Shown: piece by piece, positions 49,701 through 61,093 of the stretch | How positions within the stretch are numbered: position 1 is the stretch's first letter | Layout: every line of letters starts with the position of its first letter | Program-made: the position numbers and the translations under genes | Assembly: GCF_006345805.1 (NCBI RefSeq) | Contig: NC_043004.1 | Coordinates: forward strand, 39,928,001-39,992,000 | Source of the DNA: Octopus sinensis | Taxonomy: Eukaryota | Direction of reading: 5' to 3' | Length of the DNA: 64,000 nucleotides | Notes under the pieces: model-generated | Databases searched by the model: none | Told to the model about the DNA's origin: nothing | Seen by the model: the letters and a program-made list of their open reading frames with translations, nothing else

Positions 49701-50689
49701 CATCTACAAAGACAGACCAACTAAGTTTTTGTCAATAAACAATAGCCATCTTCCACAGAATGTTAACTATAAGATAAAGAAGCTAACTCTCACAGTGCCG
49801 ATTTTATGATTAAATTCCATTCCATGTCCAAATGCGTCCATATAACTTCATTAAGTCACCAAATACTACAGAGAATTCTATGAACATTACACCAATTCAT
49901 TTCCCTTACGTTATAAATCTGAGAAAACTAGGTCACCATATATACTGGGAAAAATGTAATGAACATCACAAATTCTCATGCTTTTCTTTTTCCCATGATT
50001 CTGAGAACTGCTTGTACATTTGCAAAAAATCAATTTTAGGAAATCATTTGATTACACTTTTCTTCCGATCCATTCGAGTAATGCCTCCAGGAAAAATTAT
50101 AAATATATCTGTTCCCTAAGTGCTCCCCGACCAACTCCTTTATAAAAATCTTCAGGCTATTTCCTGCAAGAAACCGTTATTAAACAAAACATGCAGCAGC
50201 TCGAGGGGAAGAAATAAACAGCAAACCAGCAACACTTCAAGTAAATCTGCTATGTAAATATATAAGGTTGCAAAACTAACCGACCGGTACCAATAGAGAG
50301 GAGGAGGAGGAGGAGGGGGAGGACAGCAACAAGCAGAGTAAACAAGACATGGAATTAGTATTAGGAATAAAATTGGAAGTGCAAAATATATTTTTTTGAA
50401 AAACACTGTACAGAGAAGCTGTAATTTATTTCAGACCATGAACAAAATACACACATACACGTGGAATGTGCAAATGCATGGGTACAGATACATACATACA
50501 CTCACACACACACACACATGCAAATTGAAATACTTTCACATACACGACATACGCACACATGCAAAAACATACGTTACACACACGAGAGTATACAAATGTG
50601 TAGACATTGTGTGTGTGTGTGTGTGTGTGTGGGTGCATGTGGTATAGTTTCGGTTTCAGTTGCAATACTATCCGTTATAGCCGTATGTT

Positions 50690-50948
50690 AACCAAGTCAT
50701 TGTCATGAAAATTTGGTACACAAACTGTATATAAGCTTGTAGGCCTGTAGTATGAATTGCAGAAGGTCCTCAACTTGCTTATGGAAAACAACTTCCAGGC
50801 TGGATTCCAAAAGTGGCAGCAACATTAGGGCCAGTGTATTGCTGTGCAAGGTGACTATTTTGAAAGAGATGATGTTAAAACTTAGGTTACTAAGTTAATT
50901 CATTTATTAAACGTAACTAGCTTGGGAACTTTTTGATACCACCTCATA
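50690..50948 (+). mobile_element. Mariner transposon remnant (transposase C-terminus and right TIR)
   Basis: 50784-50879 reads ENNFQAGFQKWQQH*GQCIAVQGDYFERD (mariner W..C....G.YFE end); the minus strand reads TA-TGAGGTGGTATCAAAAAGTTCCC. Confidence 0.75.
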
Positions 50949-50964
50949 TAAAGTACAAGTGGTG

Positions 50965-51295
50965 AATGTGCCAGTGGCATGTAAAAAGCACCATCCGTGG
51001 CCGTTGTTAGCTGCACCTGGCCTCTGTGCTGGTGGCACGTAAAAAGCACCATCCGATCATGGCCGTTTGCCAGCCTCGTCTGGCACGTAAAAAGCACCAT
51101 CCGATCGTGGCCGTTTGCCAGCCTTGTCTGGCACGTAAAAAGCACCCACTACACTCTCGGAGTGGTTGGCATTAGGAAGGGCATCCAGCAGTAGAAACAT
51201 CGCCAAATCAGACTGGGCCTGGTGCAGCCTTCTGGCTTCCCAGACCCCAGTTGAACCGTCCAACCCATGCTAGCATGGAAAGCAGATGCTAAACA

Positions 51296-51328
<33 letters not shown>
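50965..51328 (+). mobile_element. Family C element with 4 units
   Basis: GTAAAAAGCACC anchors at 50981, 51039, 51087 and 51135 (periods 58, 48, 48); long (GAT)n tail. Confidence 0.9.
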
Positions 51329-51600
51329 TTCTTTGCAGTGACAACATTTGGGCAGAGGAATGTTTATTCTGTTCCTACATATGTTCCATAGCTGATTGGC
51401 AAATAATCACATTGGAAATTAATTAAAGAGTGAGAATTGACATGGTTGTTTGACCTGTTAGGAAGCCATGGCAACCAAATCTCTCTCAAAATAATACTAT
51501 ATTAGTTCAAAAGACAAAGTATAAACTAGATAATGTAGTTTCAAATATATTGTTGGAAAAAAGGCTGTCCTAGAATTTAGCTTCAGTCAAAACAAATTAA

Positions 51601-52017
51601 CCCTTTTGTTATATTTTTGTTCAGATATGATGTCTTTGCATCAATTTATTTTGAAAATAACAAAGTATTTAGTATTTTTAAGCTGGTGTTTGGAACAAAC
51701 ATTAACCCTTTAGTATTCTGATTATTCAGTCAAATGTAATGCTTATTTATTCACAGTGTTTTGAATTTATCCTGTATTATCTTCTAACCTTGAGATTTCA
51801 ATGATGTGATTGTTTATGTTCAAAATGACATTGTAGAGTGGGTGGGAGATGTCAGATCTGGCCAGTTTGAATATAAAGCAAGTAGAATATTTTGACCGGA
51901 TATGGCCAGTTTAACTGCTAAAGAGTTAACATGAAATTTTGATGGAAGATCACTTGAAAACAGGCGGTTTGTACATTAGAAGCTGATGCAGTCTCAAGTT
52001 GGTTGGTATCAAAAAGA
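51601..52017. mobile_element. piggyBac-like MITE F, interrupted by MITE E
   Basis: TTAA-CCCTTTTG start; end GGTTGGTATCAAAAAGA resembles 29762-29778. Confidence 0.65.
51706..51925 (-). mobile_element. piggyBac-like MITE E
   Basis: TTAA at 51702-51705 and 51926-51929; CCCTTTAG/CTAAAGAG termini. Confidence 0.82.
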
Positions 52018-52087
52018 CTAATGAAGATGCTACTTATACAATCATTTGAACTTATCCAAATCTTTAAATCAACATCAGCTTGGAAAT

Positions 52088-52290
52088 CATCGTCATCATC
52101 ATCATTATCATCGTTTAACGTCTGTTTTCCATGCTAGCATGGGTTGGACGATTTTGACTGAGGGCTGGCAACCAGATGGCTGCACCAGGCTCCAGTCTTG
52201 ATCTGGCAGAGTCTCTACAGCTGGATGCCCTTCCTAACGCCAACCACTCTGAGAGTGTAGTGGGTGCTTTTTACGTGCCACCTGCACGTA
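52088..52290 (-). mobile_element. Family C element, short
   Basis: Tail, core and one unit. Confidence 0.85.
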
Positions 52291-52531
52291 AAATTATATT
52301 ATAAAAGACGTGGATCTCTGTCGGTTTGTCCATCACAAAATCTATAAGAGGGAGGAAAAGGAGGAGAGGAATCAAAATTATGTAACAATGTATTTTTAGA
52401 AGAAGGGGAAGAAAAAATGTTGTTGAGAGAGAAATACAGTAAGAGATAGAATGTGTGTGAAAGACAGACAGACAGGTAGACTTGTTACCATAGTTAACTA
52501 ATGAGATTTCCACTATATAAAGTCTAATATT

Positions 52532-52763
52532 TTGTTTCTTTATTACCCACAAGGGGCTAAACATAGAGGGGACAAACAAGGACAGACAAAGGGATAAGTC
52601 AATTACATTGACTCCAGTGCGTAACTGGTGCTTATTTAATTGACTCCGAAAGGATGAAAGGCAAAGTCGACATCGGCGGAATTTGAACTCAGAACGTAAC
52701 GGCAGACGAAATACAGCTACGCATTTCGCCCAGCTTGCTAACGGTTCTGCCAGCTCACCACCT
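52532..52763 (-). mobile_element. Family B SINE
   Basis: B consensus; 11-bp TSD AGTCTAATATT (52521-52531, 52764-52774). Confidence 0.9.
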
Positions 52764-53835
52764 AGTCTAATATTAAAAGAAGATATGTGCATGGTAAACA
52801 AATATTTTTACCAGCAGAGTAGTGACAGGCAAAGACCTAGTATAACTTAAACTGTGATTCTCTATCTCGACACAGATCACATCAATTTATATTTTACCAA
52901 ACTTCAGCAGGCTCTCAATGACTAAGGATTCCTTTTAAAATATTGTTTTTAAATGCATATGATAGAAGTGTAAAAAGCTTTATCAGTTACATTATTGGGA
53001 CCACACTATTCTAGATTCAAATCCAAGAAGGTTTCACTTTGCCTTTCATTTTCCAAACGGTTAATTAAATAATTATTCATTAGACATTGTTGTTGTGGTT
53101 GTTAAGCAACAGGTTGATAACCATCAACAAGCAGACCTATAACAGAAAGCGCTTGTTTCAACCATGAACATTATCTTTCAATGAAATAGCATTACAAGAT
53201 TATTTTATTCAATGTGTTCTTCCTTAAAATAAGGTATGATTAAATAGAGATTTGACTACTACATCTAGCAGGTCGAGTCATCATGTAGAGACTCCCCCAT
53301 TGGTTCAAGAATGTGCATATACAATGTACTGTGCAATAGACTCTTTGCCTACAAGACTAAGGTGGTCACAAGTTCAAACCCTACAACTACATCCCATTGT
53401 GTTGTATCTTTAATAAAGCACACATCACCTAGTTATGATTTGTCGTCGATTTAAAATAGATTCTAATCCCTAAATTGTTATAGGCTTATCAGACAAGTAT
53501 ACATTCTAAAAATTTAAGATTTAAAAAAATTTTTAAACAATTAATGGGTCAAATGAAAAATGGAAAAAAAAAATCACTACATTCGTGCAAGAATAGGAAG
53601 AAAAGGACATATGCAAACATAAAAACCTATTCTGACTGAAGTGAAATACTCAAGTGGACTCTAATAATGTCGTGAACTAAAAAGTATGTCAATGACCACT
53701 TTGCTATTTGTTTTACATGCCAGAGGCATCCTTGAGCATTTTCCTCCAAAAACCGAGTCATTTTTCTAAAATGGAATGATCAAGTGCGATGAAAAACATA
53801 AAACAAGGACCATAAACTGTGATGTGCTCCCATAA

Positions 53836-54641
53836 GCCTTTCATGTTCAAACCGGCCATATCAGACCCACTATTCTTCCAGTTCTATGTTCAAACAAGAC
53901 AGATTAGGTCTCTCACACCTACCCTACAATGTCATTCTAAAAGTAAACAATCATATCCTCAAAATCTCAGAGTTACAAGATAATGTATGATAAATTCAAA
54001 ACAATATGAATAAATAAGCACTACATGCAACAGAGGTGGAGGCGCGTGGCTTAGTGGTTAGGGTGTCAGCATCATGATCGTAAGATTGTGGTTTCGATTC
54101 CTGGACCGGGCGACACGTTGTGTTCTTGAGCAAAACACTTCATTTCACGTTGCTCAAGTCCACTAAGCTGGCAAAAATGAGTAATACTGCAATAGACTGC
54201 TGTCCCATCCAGCTGGGGAACACATATGCCATCGAAACTAGGAAACTGGGCCCATGAGCCTGGCTAGGCTTTAAAAAAGGGTGCATTTATTTGTGGAGGT
54301 GCAACGGCCCAGCGGTTAGGGTAGCAGATTCGCAGTCAGAGGATCGCGGTTTTGATTCCCAGACCGGGTATTGTGTGTGTTTATTGAGCGAAAACACCTA
54401 AAAGCTCTATGTGGCTCCGACAGGGGATGGTGGCAACCCTGTTGTACTCATTCGCCACAACTTTCTCTCACTCTCTCTTCCTGTTTCTTGAGTAATGCTG
54501 TGATGGACTGGCGTCCCATCCAGCTGGGGGGGAACACATACGCCACAGAAACCAGGAAACTAGGCCCATGAGCCTGACTAGGCTTGAAAAGGGCTACGTT
54601 TATCGTTTTACATGCAACAGAATAATCTGAATACTAAAGGA
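53836..54641 (+). mobile_element. piggyBac-like MITE E split by a SINE dimer
   Basis: E body at 53836-54034 continues at 54622-54641; TTAA at 54642-54645. Confidence 0.75.
54035..54608 (+). mobile_element. Head-to-tail SINE heterodimer
   Basis: Monomer 1 (head 1 + CORE-like + V-like + tail 1) to about 54290, then monomer 2 (head 2 + X + V-like + tail 1); a single 13-bp TSD TACATGCAACAGA (54022-54034, 54609-54621). Confidence 0.88.
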
Positions 54642-55231
54642 TTAAAACATGTCTTCTCACAATCTTCTTATTAAAATAATCAAAGGGGAAAAAGGTAGTT
54701 GATATGGGCAAGATAGAAAGCACAAACCCTGAATTTTTAAAGTTTATGTTTAATAATACAACATTGTTGTAAATTCATATTTAAATTGTGAGGCTGCTAA
54801 AATGCCTGTAAAATCTCTCTCAAATAACATTATATGTTCTTAAATAAACACTGGATACAGTGGATAAGAAGGGGATGCTCATTGCTTGAATACTTCTGTT
54901 CAATGAGAGTTGACCATTAGTTAAAGAACAACAACTTTAACATTGCCCTTCATGCTTCAAGGGTTTAACAGATAACCAGACCGTGTGATCAACCCTTTGC
55001 ATGAAACTTCTTAGTCACAGTCAAATTCTGTTTTAATATATTTGATTCTACAGCATGTATTGAATCATTTCTTTGGTTAATGTTTGTCTTCAGATAATAA
55101 GAACACATCCTCGATCTTATAAAAAAAATTTAAAAAACAGTAATAATTCGGTTATCGACAATATTTCCTCTCCAATAAAAATTTAATTTTCAGCACAATA
55201 TACAGTAAAACAAAAAATAAAATGAGAAATG

Positions 55232-55796
55232 CATCATCCTCATTTAACATCTGTTGTCTATGCTGGCATGGGTTGGATGGTTTGACTGGGTTGGCAAAGG
55301 CTGCACCAGTCTGATTTGGCATGGTTTTCTACAGCTGGATGCCCTTCCTAACACCAACCACTCTGGGAATGTAATGGGTGCTTTTAGGTGCCACTAGTAT
55401 GGGTGCCATTTGCGTGACATCAGGGTGCTTTTACATACCATCGGCACAGGTACCAATTTACGTGACACTAGTATCTGCCACAACTGCAATTTTGCTCAGC
55501 TTGATGGGTCTTCTTCTCAAGCACAAAATAATGCCAAAGGTCTCAGTCATTGCCTCTGTGAGGCCAAACACTCAAAACGAACTCGGCCACTTTGCCTCCA
55601 CGAGGCCCAATGCTTGAAAGGTGTTCTTTACATGCCCCCAGCATTGGTGCACTTAGCTTGATGAGTCCTCTCAAGCACTGCACATTGCTAAGTCTTGATC
55701 ACAGTCATTGCCTCTGTGAGGCTCAGAGTTCGAAGATCATGCTTCACCACCTCATTCCAAGTTTACCTCTGCCACAGGTCTACCTCTTCCACAGTG
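55232..55796 (-). mobile_element. RTE LINE 3' end: ORF2 C-terminus plus family C 3'UTR
   Basis: Minus strand CGRGRP / TWNEVVKHDLRTLSLTEAMT / AVLERTHQAK, continuous with family C units, core and tail. Confidence 0.82.
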
Positions 55797-56184
55797 TGAG
55801 ATCAGCACTGACCCCCTCCCTCCCACAAAATATCAAGCCTTGTGCTAAAATTTAAAACCATTACTATTATTGTAACAGAACATCAAAACTGGACAAAATT
55901 TCTTGTATTCTTCTGGTTCTATAAGTTCAGATTTCAAAATCTACCAAGGTCAACTTTGCCTTCATTCTTCCAGGTCAATAAAATAAAATACTAGTTCAAG
56001 TACCACGGCCAAGGGTGTTGACTAATCCCACTCCTCTAAAAATTGCTGGCCTTGTGCCTCAATTAGATACAAGTACTATTTTCATTATTGTAATCGGACT
56101 ATATATTATCCCTGATGTAGATCCACATATATAACATTATATATATATATAAATATTACAATTCAACATGCGCAATCCAGACAC

Positions 56185-56730
56185 AGGGAAAGGGAGGAGG
56201 GGGAAGTAAGAGCAAAAGGAGAGAGGAGGATGACATGGAAGAGGAAGAGCAGAAGAGGATGAAGAAAGGGAGGAGGAAGAGGGCAGAGGGGAGGAAGAAG
56301 AGGATGTAGAAGAGAAGGGGCAGGAGGAAGATAAGGATCAGGAGGGGAAGTAGAAGGAAGAGGCTGTAGAAGAGGAGCAGGAGGAAGATAAGGATTAAGA
56401 GAGGAGGAGTAGGCGGAAAATAAGGATTAGGAGAGGAGGAGCAGGAGGAAGATAATGATTAGGAGAGGAAAAGCAGGAGGAAGATAAGGATTAGGAGAGG
56501 AGGAGCAGGAGGAAAATAAGGATTAGGAGGGGAAGGAGAAGGAAGAGGCTGTAGAAGAGAAGGAGTAGGAGGAAGATAAGGATTAGGAAGAGAAGGAGGA
56601 AAACAATGCAGAAGAGAAGGGGCAGGAGGAAGATAAGGATTAGGAGGGAAGGAGGAGGAAGAGGACAAAGATGAGGGGTAGGAGGTGAAGAGGATGAGGA
56701 GGAAAGACAAAGAGATGGTGGTGGAGGTAG
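56185..56730. repeat. Purine-rich composite minisatellite
   Basis: ATAAGGAT anchor (one variant) at 56331, 56388, 56420, 56452, 56484, 56516, 56576 and 56633 (periods 57, 32, 32, 32, 32, 60, 57). Confidence 0.9.
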
Positions 56731-57035
56731 TGGCGGTGAAGTGATCAATGTAACTTGGCAGCTGGTTTTATGACTGTTACAAACAAGAGTTCCGGAAAAC
56801 AAGACTAGGAATTCAAAATGAACATCGATGAATTATCCACATGATGCAACTGCTTTCCGAATAATTTAACAACTCAGCCTTCATCACTTCACTTAAGTAA
56901 TCAATCATCAAATACCCGATCACACAAATATTGATTTATTTACATACACACATAATGATTACAAGTTTATGTAACTGACAGCATTTGCATAGGTGTTTAG
57001 AAAAAAAAAACAAAAAGAAATCTGAACTAACTATG

Positions 57036-57202
57036 GGCGTAGGAGTGGCTGTGTGGTAAGTAGCTTGCTTACCGACCACATGGTTCAGGGTTCAGTCCCA
57101 CTACGTGGCACCTTGGACAAGTGTCTTCTACTATAGCCTGGGGCCGACCAAAGCCTTGTGAGTGGATTTGGTAGACGGAAACTGAAAGAAGCCCATCGTA
57201 TA

Positions 57203-57245
<43 letters not shown>

Positions 57246-57461
57246 ATGTGTTTATGTGTTTGTCCTCCCAACATCACTTGACAACTGATGCTGGTGTGTT
57301 TACGTCCCCGTAACTTAGCGGTTTGGCAAAAGGGACTGATAGAATAAGTACTAGGCTTACAAAGAATAAGTCCTGGGGTCGATTTGCTCGACTAAAAGCG
57401 GTGCTCCAGCATGGCCACAGTCAAATGACTGAAACAAGTAAAAGAGTAAAGAGAAAGAGTA
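57036..57461 (+). mobile_element. Family A SINE
   Basis: Full consensus match. Confidence 0.92.
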
Positions 57462-58309
57462 ACCAACTAAAGAGAAAAATGGAGAAAGTTTTGTGAGGTT
57501 CGGCTTATGTCTGGAGAGGTTATTATAAATGGTTATAATTTATGTAGAAGGGTTGGTACATCCAGGTACCGGTCCTTGTACAGTATTGTGTTCTGCAATG
57601 TGTCAGTAGGTGTGCTTCAAGTTCAGACCAAAAAAACAGCTGGAAGGAGTTGTGTGTATTTGATAGCTGAGAAGTGTTGTTAAACTCCATACAAGAAAAA
57701 TGACCGGTTCATCTCGAGGTTGAGAAGACCTACAATGTAAAGCATTCCTGATGTGATCCCCACCTCTCCTTTCTTGTGTATGTGTGTGTGTGGGTGACAC
57801 AATGAGTCATTTGTTTAAAATGGTTCAGGTTAATTTTTTTTTCTTTGTTTGAAGTGGGGGAGTGATTCAGTTGCTATTTCTAGCAGTGCCTATACAGACA
57901 CTCTCTCATTGGCTTGGAGTTAACTCCTTGTGAGTATATATATCTCCTGCAAATTTTTTTTTTTTTTTGGTGTTATTTATTGAGACTAGGCACAAATTCA
58001 TCTGAGAATGTTACTTACAATAGATTTGTATACTATCCAGAGGAAGAGATAGAACTTTCTGATGCACTTATCTAGAAACTAGGGCTAAGCACTGATGAGC
58101 AAACGCTTACAAGGATGGGTAAGAAAGGTATGGTAAAAGAGAATTTAAAAAAAGTACTAAAACTTCCCATTAATGGTCAAATCTTGACCAAACACTACAT
58201 GAGTCAACTGTAGTCCCAGAGAATCAAGATACAATGCTTTCAAAATGAAATATTCTTGTGACAAGAATCAAATTAGGCCAAACATTTATCATTGCTGACG
58301 TTTTTACCC

Positions 58310-58680
58310 CCAGATCATCCATAAGCTGAGATATGATTAAAAGAATTCCATTTATGCTGTGATAACCCATATCATTTTATCTAGGACTACATTATCTAAT
58401 GTGTTACCTCATTTTTAAAGTCTGCAGGGTGTTGTTTCCGGAAGATTCAGTTGCTATCTCTGGCAGAGGAAATGGAATAAAAGGAAATGGATCAAGGCCA
58501 TTTTTCCCACACAGGTCAACCATAATCAAGCAAAGCTATGACCAAAGGCATTCCAGTAATGCTGTGATCACCCAGATCATTTTATGCAGGACTACATTAT
58601 CTAACGAGTCTCCTCATTTTTTTTAAGAAACTAAGGAGTAGTTTGAGGAAGATTTGATGTCGATTTCTATCTGAGGAAGT
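58310..58680 (+). repeat. Two tandem copies of an old dispersed repeat (family G), period about 205 bp
   Basis: GCTGTGAT.ACCCA.ATCATTTTAT..AGGACTACATTATCTAA occurs twice; related ATTTCTAGCAGG / ATGATCAAAG.CATTCC remnants occur at many other loci. Confidence 0.6.
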
Positions 58681-59840
58681 GGAACAGAGTGTAATGAATC
58701 AAAGTCTAGTGACATACACTCGCTTTTACTTTACATCAGTGAGCACAGCACTGCCCCCCCCCCCCCCAATTTTTGAAGGCAACAATTAACTAGCAGACAC
58801 ACAATGAAATGAAATGAGGGATGTTTCATCGACGTGACGTTCAACTGTTTTAACTTTATTTTAAATATCAATAGAGTTCTTAAGAACTAAAAACAGATCA
58901 AAATGAATCTGAAAAGCACATTCTTTTATTTTTAATAGCCATGTTGCTTCAGTTCCTAAAGTTATAGCATGCTCAGTTTTCTTGTTCTTTGGAAGATTCC
59001 ATATTAAACACATTCCTCCTGTTTAATGTGAGCCTTTTCCTCCCCCCACCCACCGTTAATTTTTCAGCATCAATGAGAATAAGATGTTGAACATCAAAAT
59101 GAAATGATACAGATGCAATTTTTCTCTTCAGCTACTTAATGTGTTTCTTAGGCAAGGAAGGCACACATTACTCTCAACCTTAACTTGCAACATTCAGAGC
59201 TGGAATGCCTTTTGATTATAGGTTTGCTCAGTCAGAGATGTCCTTGGTTTAAATAACTAATTCTAAAACTTTATATCCTTACAATAAGAACTACAGAGAG
59301 TTTGGTGTGAGAAGAAGGATATAAGCAATGAGAAAGGAAGAAAAAAGACAGGATGGTGGAGCACCAGTTGACAGATCTACATAATACAATGATACTCAGA
59401 TCAAAGACATTCCAGCTGCGACCACCCTGTCCCTTTTTTTTTTTTTTTTTCTCTCAGGCATAGTATACACACCTCATAATCTAATGTTTCCTTGATTTAA
59501 GATGATAGGCTGTGAATGAGGAACATGGAAAATTATTGCTAGAAAGTTAAGCAAAGACAGGCAAGGTTTGTGTTACAGAGTTGGGTTTAAGCCAGAACTC
59601 AGCCTTTAATCAAACAAACATATGATTCATGGTATTCAATTCATAAACAGCCAATTTTTTTCCTTAAGGAAGAAAAAAAATGGATATGATGGATAATATA
59701 GTCTACTATCAGGATGGGGAAAATGGACAGACAATACTGGAATGCTTTAGATTATAGATCTACTCAATCAAGACTCACTTGGGGCTAAATTGCAGTAGTA
59801 ATAAACAATACAGGCAAAAATGATAACAATGCATATTTAC

Positions 59841-60221
59841 TTACAGTTCTATATTTAAGAGATGAGGAATTATTTACATTATTTACATTCGACAGATATC
59901 TGTCCTCATCTTGTTTGCTGTTAACACAATGTTTCAGCTGATATACCCTCCAGCCTTCATCAAGTGTCTTAGGGAAATTTTGAACCTGGGTTCTCATTCC
60001 TAAGGTATTTTTCAAACTCGGAATTTTGGGGTTAGGACCCTGTGTGCTTAACCACTATGCCATAATAATAACATTGAAAAATACCTTAGGAATTAGAACC
60101 CAGGTTCGAAATTTGCCCAAGACACCTGATGAAGGCTGGAGGGTATATCAGCCAAAACGGTGTGTTAACAACAAACAAGACAAAGATAAATATCTGTCAA
60201 ATGTAAATAATGTAAATAATG
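59841..60221. mobile_element. Penelope-like inverted terminal-repeat pair with hammerhead motifs
   Basis: 147-bp arms 59869-60015 and 60074-60220, about 89% identical by manual alignment; each carries (C/T)TGATGAAGGCTG..CAGC(C/T)(G/A)AAAC; TGCATATTTAC flanks both sides. Confidence 0.8.
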
Positions 60222-61042
60222 TGCATATTTACAGTTTGAAACAGTTCTGGAAAAATAAAAGGAAAGCTACCAAAGTTCATCTTGTGAAGTCTTTATACTT
60301 AAGGCTTTCATAAGTCAGAGTTGAACACATACCTTACACTTCAAAATTCCTGCTGCTGAGTTCTGCGAGTTGTTTTTTTTTATGTGTGCTTCAAGATCTA
60401 AAAAGCTAATACTGTCTCTCCTCTCCATGCTACCAATGTTGTCCAAGTTTAAAGGTGAAGACTGATACATCTTGACACCAGCATCGTCCTCGATAAACTT
60501 GTCCATCCAACACCAATAATACCGCTACACCTGCCCCCCCCCTACATCACCACCACCACACCCAATTCAACTGCCAATGTATCAGCATGGAAGGGTGAGA
60601 GTCAATGTTGACCTTGGCAGGATTTGAGTGCCAGAATAAATAAGGAAAAATTATTTTGGATGATGCTCTACCAATTCTTCCAACCCACTACCTTAGATTC
60701 TAAAATAAGACATACATATTCTTTCAACGGTTCCACTCATTCAATTGTGGGCATGCTGGGACACATGAAACTACATATATACAGTCCAACCCATTCCAGC
60801 ATGGAGAAATGGACCAAAAAAACATGACAATATGTATGATTCTTTTTGATCAACAGAAAGTTATGTGGCCCAAGAGCCAAGAGTTTTCTGCATGGTTTTT
60901 ATCAAATTGTGGTAAGTGCCAAGCATAAAACTCAAGTCTTCAGTCACTTTTGCAACCCTCTATTAATTTAATTAAAATAAAATGACATACATACTCATGT
61001 AATAAGCTCCATTTATCCTATTTCTTCTACCAAACTTATATA

Positions 61043-61093
61043 TGTCCAACCCATGCCAGCATGGAAAAACGGATGTTAAATGATGATGATGAT
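61043..61093 (+). mobile_element. Isolated RTE/family C 3' tail
   Basis: GTCCAACCCATGCCAGCATGGAAAAACGGATGTTAAATGATGATGAT only. Confidence 0.8.

Noticed and set aside
50965-51150. CRISPR-like look of the family C arrays (palindromic repeats with spacers)
   Set aside because: The spacers are homologous to each other, the array lies inside a dispersed eukaryotic retroelement, and there are no cas genes.
52271-52801. Longest ORF (176 aa) as a protein-coding gene
   Set aside because: It reads through a family B SINE and AT/CT-rich flanks; the same peptide block recurs at other B copies.
60315-60506. Penelope reverse-transcriptase remnant (SISFLDL motif) next to the inverted pair
   Set aside because: Only a 7-residue resemblance, outside the TSD, with no further motifs.
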